Origin: Octopus sinensis
Lineage: Eukaryota
NCBI RefSeq assembly: GCF_006345805.1
Contig: NW_021832942.1
Span: forward strand, 1 to 29,103
DNA: 29,103 nt
Direction: 5' to 3'
The notes under the pieces are model-generated. The model was not told the DNA's origin and searched no databases. It saw only the letters and a list, made by a program, of their open reading frames with translations. This document shows, in pieces, positions 21,740 through 29,103 of the stretch; the first letter of the stretch is position 1, and every line of letters starts with the position of its first letter. Both the position numbers and the translations under genes were made by a program.

Positions 21740-22237
21740 CGTATCAATACAATTAAATACCTTAATTCCTAATTGAATCGCCAGCGTCCCATTATTGCAC
21801 CTCCATCTCTCCGTACCGCTAAATCCAGCCTGCCAAACTCCTGCATCCCATCGCTCGCTCCAAGATTCTCTGACGACCGACTCCCACTGCCCAAAACCTC
21901 ACTTCCTTGTCCTGACTTCCACTCCCTCATCTCCTCTGTCTCTACCGCTTTAGCCTTTCTATCTGCTCTAAGATTCCTTACTCTATCTCTATCGCCTGCT
22001 GCCTATCACCCTCTCATGACAGCTCTACCATACTCTCTGCCTGTCCTTCTCTGCCCCCTCATCCTCTCTCACTGCTAATTCTTCCTCACATCTGTCCCTT
22101 AGCCTTATACTCTAATCTCTCACTACTTTTCTTCTCTCTGCCCCTCATCCTCTCTTACTGCCAATACCCTCTCTATCTGCTCTAAGATTCCTTACTCTAT
22201 CTCTATCGCCTGCTGCCTATGTATATATATATATATA

Positions 22238-22438
22238 CATATGAAGCTTTGTCAGTGGACAGGTCACGGTCGGAAAGTGAGGAAAAGATTTGAACAAATT
22301 CAATTGAAATGTTGAAGTGAATCTAACGGTTTTTGTGTGTTTCTTAAATCGCTTATAAACACCTTCCACGCTGCAATTATTTTCGTTCCAGCACACGATC
22401 TCAGATGAAGTCACTTGCTATGCAAGTACATCTCCGTA

Positions 22439-22475
<37 letters not shown>

Positions 22476-22828
22476 TATGAAGCTTTGTCAGTGAACAGGT
22501 CACGGTCGGAAAGTGAGGAAAAGATTTGAACAAATTCAATTGAAATGTTGAAGTGAATCTAACGGTTTTTGTGTGTTTCTTAAATCGCTTATAAACACCT
22601 TCCACGCTGCAATTGTTTTCGTTCCAGCACACGATCTCAGATCAAGTCACTTGCTATGCAAGTACATCTCCGTAATATATATATATATATGCATATATAT
22701 ATATATATATGAAGCTTTGTCAGTGAACAGGTCACGGTCGGAAAGTGACGAAAAGATTTGAACAAATTCAATTGAAATGTTGAAGTGAATCTAACGGTTT
22801 TTGTGTTTTTTTTAAATCGCTTATAAAA
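22238..22828 (-). repeat. Three inverted copies of element A separated by (TA)n
   Basis: Copies at about 22238-22440, 22474-22676 and 22705-22828 (partial). They are reverse complements of 20114-20316. Confidence 0.85.
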
Positions 22829-22909
22829 TATAGTACATATGTTGTGTAATGTCTGTAGTACATAGTTTATGATGTATTTAGTATTTCCAAACAAGAATAT
22901 TATTGACAG

Positions 22910-22963
<54 letters not shown>

Positions 22964-22964
22964 G

Positions 22965-23144
22965 TTTGTATGTCTGTTTATCCCCCGACACCGCTTGACA
23001 ACCGGTGCTGGTGTGTTCATGTCCCCGTAACTTACCGTTTCGTCAAAAGAGAAAATAGATTAAATACTAGGCCTACAAAAAATAAGTATTGGGTTCGAAT
23101 TTCGCGAATAAAGGCGCTGCTGCGGCATGGAATATATATATATG

Positions 23145-23195
<51 letters not shown>

Positions 23196-23390
23196 TTTTG
23201 TAATGTCTGTTTATTTCTCGGTGCTGGACAACGGGTGCTGGTGTGTACAATTCCCCGAACTTAGCGGTTCGGGAAAAGGGACCGATAGTTTAAATACTAG
23301 GCCTACAAAGTATAAGTCCTGGGGTCGATTTGCACGAATAAAGGCATTGCTCCACAATGGCCGCAGTCAAATAATTGAAAAATTAAGTGT
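22965..23390 (+). mobile_element. Two diverged 3' halves of SINE family 1
   Basis: GTGCTGGTGTG..CTTA.CG.TTCG..AAAAG..TACTAGGCCTACAAA motifs at about 22965-23130 and 23200-23390. Confidence 0.75.
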
Positions 23391-23884
23391 ATAAATCAGA
23401 AAATAACCAGAAAAGTTTATATTCTCTTAACTACATAATTAAGGGAGATAACTGAAAATCAACTTTTAGAGTTACTTCCTGACATATTAATAAAAGACAT
23501 GACAGTTTAAGATGTAGGTGCGTTTGTTTTTCGCATGCGAAGGGCACACTTGCATTCGCGCAGGAAGATACAAACATACACGTGCAATTTTCTGCTGTTC
23601 ACTTTAACAATTAAACATTATAATTTACATTTAATTACACCCGAAAACTATGTAAAGTACTCACCCTATCTACTAATACCCTTTGGACATGATCAGGTTT
23701 TTATTTTGTTTTAGATAGTATATATGCGTATGTGGGTATATACACGTGTATATGTATGAATGCATGTATTTCTGTATATAAATATATATATATATATATA
23801 TATGTATTTATATATATATTCATAAATTTATAATTTTATATATATATATGTAGGTATATACCTATGAATATATATATATAATAT

Positions 23885-23927
<43 letters not shown>

Positions 23928-23929
<2 letters not shown>

Positions 23930-26920
23930 TCAAAAATGGAAGATAAAATTCCTGGAGGACTGGATCGATGCCCATCCAAACCACATCCCTTTCTTCGTCC
24001 TCACTGAAACCCATCTTAGTGACCTCCACTTGGAAGCCGAGGTGAAAGTTAAAAATTTCAAAGCCATTCGTGCTGATCGTGCTGGCAGAAGAAAGGGTGG
24101 GACTGCCATTTATGTTCATGATTCATTCTCAACAGAAGCTATGAACATATTTTCCAATGGATACTGCGAAGCAGTCGCTATATTCAGTCAAACCAACAAC
24201 TTAACAGTAGTTGGGCTCTACAGACCACCCCAAACGCCCCTACCATGCTTCAAGGAATGCCTCAACAACATAAAGTGTTTCATTCAGCAGTGTCAACCGG
24301 ACAACATTTTAATGACGGGAGCCTTCAACCTTCCCGGGGTTGACTGGTCTACAAACAGTCTGCCGCCAGGTTCTTCTCTCTCAACCCCTGACAGGGAGGC
24401 AGTGGAATCGCTTCTTGACTTCATGGATGATTTCTTCCTGTCCCAACTGGTGCCCGAACCAACGAGATGTCACAAAAACGTCTTAGACTTAATTTTCAGC
24501 AATCACACTGATACTATCCACAATATTGCAGTGGAGAAAACCCTACTCTCCGACCATGACATGGTTCTCTGTGATCTGAGATTTCACCGGCCAAAATGCA
24601 AAACAAATGTCATCCCTCCTGTTCATCCATTTGACACTATGGATTTCCACAATGCAAACTGGGAAGCGATCAATAATAATCTTGCACAAGTCGATTGGTC
24701 CTTCACGCACACATACACACCCACTAACATCAAAAAGTCCTGGCAGTCATTTGTAGACACCATTACGAACGTATGTGCAAACCACACCCCATTAAGATCT
24801 GCAAACAAATCTAAGTGTCGAATCCCTAGAAATAGAAAATCTCTCATCAGGAAAATTAAAAGAATTAACAAAAAAAACCAACGAGCTGAAATACTGTCAA
24901 CAGCAACACACCAACCTGACTGCCATCTCGTCGCTAGAGATTAAAAAACATAAACTCCAAAACAACATGATGTCTATCATCAATAGTCAGAGAAGAGCTG
25001 AAGAGGCCTGGGCCATTGAGAAGATCAAACTCAATCCCAAAGTATTCTTTTCATTTGCAAAAAAACACAGAGTCACTGGTTCTACTGTTGGCCCTCTGAT
25101 TGATGAAAATGGTACTCTTCAAGACAATGCCAAAACCATGGGAGAGATATTGCAGAAACAATATTGCTCTGTTTTCAGCAATCCTGATATGACTGATCTG
25201 GTCTGTATCAGTGATGTTACTCCCCAATACACTTTATCGGACATAACCTTTGGTGCTACTGATGTCTTAGCAGCAATAAAGGAAATGAAGCATAAATCAG
25301 CAGTAGGTCCCGATAGGTTCCCTGCTTGTGTCTTGAAGATGTGTCAACACCAACTTGCACCCACTTGAGCCAATCTGTGGCGGAACTCACTGGATGCTGG
25401 ATATATACCAGAAGACCTATCCCAGTTTGTATTCCCAGTTTTCAAAAAAGGAAACAAATCGCTTGCCGTGAATTACCGTCCAATCTCACTCACCTCTCAT
25501 ATCATTATGGTATTTGAGAGAGTGCTGAGATCGCGTATGACTCATTTCTTGAGAGTCATGATATGCTGAACTCCAACCAGCATGGATTCCGTAATGGAAG
25601 GGATTGCCTGATGCAGCTACTGCATCATTTTGATGACGTTTTGAGAGCCTTGGGAGAGGGTTCCAACACTGATGTCATCTTCCTTGATTTCAGCAAGGCC
25701 TTTGACAGGGTTGATCATAAGATCCTTTTGAGAAAGCTGTCCAATATTGGTGTCACTGGAAAGCTGCTGCAGTGGATCAAGTGCTTCCTGTCTAACAGAA
25801 CCCAACATGTTGTAGTCGAAGGAGTCAAATCCAGCCCAGCCAAAGTCAGCAGTGGTGTCCCACAAGGCACTGTGTTGGACCCACTTCTCTTCATCATCTA
25901 CATTAATGATATTACTGACACCATCAAACACAATAACGTCAGAACTTTCGCTGATGATTCCAAGCTCCAGAAGGTCATCAATGGCGTGGATGACCGAATA
26001 AGCCTTCAGTCAGACCTACTGGCTGTTCTCCAATGGGCGGAAAAGAATAACATGTTACTAAACGAAGACAAATTCGAACTGATCCACATTGGAAGGGAGG
26101 ACGCTCTAAAACTCCCATACTCCCTTCCTTCTGGAGAAATTCTCATGGCGTCTAACAGCATCAGAGACTTGGGAGTAACAGTGGACAACAACATAAGCTG
26201 GGCTACACATATAAGCAGCAAAGTTGATATGGCACGCAGAATGTGTTCTGGATTCTCAGAACCTTCCAGTCGAGAGATTCCCACACCATTATGCTTCTCT
26301 TCTCCACTTTTGCCCGACCCCACCTTGAATACTGCTGTCCACTGTGGTCTCCCTACACAAAACAAAATATCATGAGAATTGAAGCTCCCCAAAGGTCAAT
26401 CACAAAAAGGTAGTAGATGGCATGTCAGACCTTGACTACTGGGGTAAACTAGAGAAGCTGAAACTGTATTCACTCCAACGACGCCGTGAACGCTACATTA
26501 TCTGTATGATGTGGAAAATATTCCATCAGCACTGTCCGAATGATGTTGGCATCACCTTCAAAATGCATCCAAGGCTTGGACCACGTTCCATCCGTCCACA
26601 ACAAAATCTAAATCGCATCACATAACGACAATACGGCACAACTATTTCACCTCAATTGGACCCGCTCTCTTCAACATTACACCAGGACACGTCAAAACAG
26701 AAACTGACCACAAAATTCAAGAAGTCATTGGACAAATTCCTTCAAACAGACCCGGACAAACCACCCACACCCGGATATGTCTCCGCAAACAATAACTCTC
26801 TGCTCGAATGGGCCTCAGTGCCCAAATCCTGAACTGAAAGACTTCGCCAGGTGGTGCTATTAAGTTAGACATGGCCTGGGCCAATACTGGCAAAAGCCTT
26901 TCTAAGTTATTCTAAGTTAT
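23928..26920 (+). pseudogene. Decayed CR1-like LINE ORF2 (AP endonuclease plus RT), nearly full ORF2 length
   Basis: Endonuclease motifs LTETHL, RADRAGRRKGGTAIYV, GLYRPP, GAFNLP, LDLIFSN, LSDHDMV. RT motifs GPDRFP, NYRPISLTS, QHGFRNGR, LDFSKAFDRVDH, SGVPQGTVL, FADDSK, RDLGV. Several frameshifts and stops. Short TTCTAAGTTA tandem tail at 26900-26920. Confidence 0.9.
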
Positions 26921-26964
26921 ATAAATATATACATATATACATACATGTATATGTATATATATAT

Positions 26965-27012
<48 letters not shown>

Positions 27013-27122
27013 CATGTATGTATATATGTATGTATATATGTATGTATATATGTATGTATGTATATATCTATATATATCTACATATATCTATATATATATA
27101 TATGCATGCATATAACTATGTA

Positions 27123-27155
<33 letters not shown>

Positions 27156-27383
27156 TATATTATATATTATATATATATATATATACACATGTATGTATAT
27201 ATGTATGTATATATGTATTTATGTATATATGTATGTATGTATATATATATTATATATATATATACATGCATATAACTATATATATATATATAATATATAT
27301 ATAATATATACATACATACATGTATATATTTATGTATATATGTATGTATGCATATATATATATATATATATATGTATGCATAT

Positions 27384-27417
<34 letters not shown>

Positions 27418-27485
27418 ATATATATATATATCATGTATATATATTTGTATGTATGAGTATAAGCGTATGTATGAGTATGTATGAG
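26921..27485. repeat. (TA)n/(TATG)n microsatellite
   Basis: Direct reading. Confidence 0.95.
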
Positions 27486-28799
27486 AAGGAGAAATTTTTT
27501 TTCAAGAATATTGTTTACTTTAATATTTGTGTCTTTGTGAAATAGATGTTGGTTGGATTATGTTCTTCATTATCTTTGTATTAATGGCGGTGGAGAAGGA
27601 TGGCGTTCCAGTGTCTTGTTTAATTGAACTCATAAAATTATGTGTAATTAAAATTACTTCATCAGTAAATGAAGGATTTAAAAATATTCTTCCTTCCCCC
27701 TATCCCCATCCACTCTAATTCTCCAATATAAATATCTTTTATAGGTAATTCCAGCCTGAAGAATTCAATATGTTATATAATAATAATAATAATAATGATT
27801 TTAGTCAGTTGTCTGTTTGCTCAAAAATATCAAAAATATGTTTGGGAAATTATTGGCAGATACATTCGTTTGCTTCCTGGAAAACTGAAAATTGAGAATA
27901 ATTTTTTAGCCTGAAGAGAAGGTGTGGAAGGATGATGAGGGGAGGAGAGGTGGTGGTCATGGGGAATACTCTTGTAAAGGATTATTCCTGTTGAAATTAA
28001 GTAATGAGATTATTAACTGAAAATATGTAAACTTGTCTTGTTCAATTATCAATGTCCCTTAAGTGTTGCATTATCTACACAAGTGCAATCTCTGAAATAA
28101 TTTGAAAACAGCTAAATTGAATTGAGAAGAAATAATTAATTAGAAACAGAATACATTGATAATGCTTGTTCTTTTCTGAAGAATTATATTTGACAGAAGG
28201 AATTACACAATGTTGTGTTTTTAACAATGCTGTTCAAATATTTGCTTTTAAATTTCTCATTTCTATATTAAAAAATATATAACACTGCTCCTAATGAAAA
28301 CTGTTTTTCTTTTCTTTTTATCTTGTTTTAAATTTTTAAATTTAAAAATCAAACAAAATGTATTAAGGGGGTAAAACGTAGTGACTTCATGCAAAATTTT
28401 AATATGAAACAAATTCACAAACTGGAATAAAAACAAAAAAAATTATCATACTTCAAATAAACTTGCAGACATAAGTCCATTAAAGGCATCATTATGAAAA
28501 CATATTCAAAATTTGGTATTAATAACCACATATAGAAAACCGATTGACAAGATGAGACATTTCAAATAGACTTTTTATAATGAACTGCTGTCAAATGTAA
28601 ATAAAGGAAATGTTAACACAGGAGATAATGACTGCGAACGATCTGCTAATTAAAGTGCAATTAGCAACATGGGTGATGGTTTAATTAGCAACACTCACTG
28701 GTAAAGAAAAACAGGGATTACCTCCCCTTGCCTTTCAACTCCATCCAAGCATGTTCACATGCATTAAATACCTGCCAGTTGTTACTTGGGGATTCGACA

Positions 28800-28920
28800 G
28801 GATTGTTAGCGGATTGCTTAGAATGTATTGAAGTAGTCATTCTGGCATTCTGTGCCCTGAGTTCAAATCGCATCAACGTCAACTTTGCTTTTTCATTCTT
28901 TCAATACAACATCAGGTACT
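28800..28920 (+). mobile_element. Highly diverged SINE family 3-like fragment
   Basis: CTGAGTTCAAATCG...GTCAACTTTGCTTTTTCATTCTTTC resembles CTGAGTTCAAATTCC...GTCGACTTTACCTTTCATC of 3673-4021. Confidence 0.45.
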
Positions 28921-28946
28921 GAAAGGAATACATCATTATATTTTGC

Positions 28947-28974
28947 ACTCTCTCATTCTCTCTCTCTTTCTCTC

Positions 28975-29011
<37 letters not shown>

Positions 29012-29018
29012 CTTTCCT
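28947..29018. repeat. (CT)n microsatellite
   Basis: Direct reading. Confidence 0.9.
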
Positions 29019-29103
29019 TGAAAGATTTCCACTGTGGTTTGACAGAGAGAGGGGTTAGCTACATCATGTTTAAAATACCCAAATATGAGTGTGAGGAAGG
29101 CAT

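Noticed and set aside
21773-22220. Pyrimidine-rich 101 aa ORF with a duplicated block of about 48 bp
   Set aside because: No recognisable motif on either strand and the minus-strand frames are interrupted. Treated as unclassified low-complexity sequence.
27500-27990. Possible exons of a convergent minus-strand gene (ttcttcAG acceptors followed by short open frames)
   Set aside because: Several frames are equally open, there is no homology I recognise and no matching donors. AT-rich chance is sufficient.
28770-28926. Apparent minus-strand exon bounded by ctttcAG and GT
   Set aside because: All three frames contain stops, and the sequence matches a decayed SINE on the + strand.

Overview
Eukaryotic, repeat-saturated DNA, most likely from an Octopus or another coleoid cephalopod. 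That assignment is inferred from the SINE families and the very high microsatellite density, not from a database search. The only host gene is the 3' part of a doublecortin-like kinase (DCLK) on the + strand. It has five GT-AG exons (879-956, 1969-2065, 4058-4138, 7252-7353, 14699-14782) encoding kinase subdomains IX-XI and the C-terminal tail. The rest is transposon-derived: three tRNA-type SINE families, a tandem array of non-autonomous Helitrons, a young 5'-truncated Tx1/L1-clade LINE, an RTE/BovB-like 3' end, three CR1-like LINE remnants, a probable solo LTR and several TE-derived minisatellites. Three observations stand out. (1) A 400-430 bp repeat unit carries a type I hammerhead ribozyme and occurs in both orientations in the last DCLK intron; the sense copy has a complete catalytic core and its helix III covaries between the copies. 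This looks like a retrozyme or Penelope-type ribozyme element. (2) A second, unrelated U3-A8 variant hammerhead lies inside another foldback downstream. (3) The Tx1 LINE sits inside an (ATCT)n array that is itself the tail of an RTE element, and its 3' end resembles the tail of a SINE in the same gene. All structures were read by eye. Some indels and nonsense changes may be long-read consensus errors.
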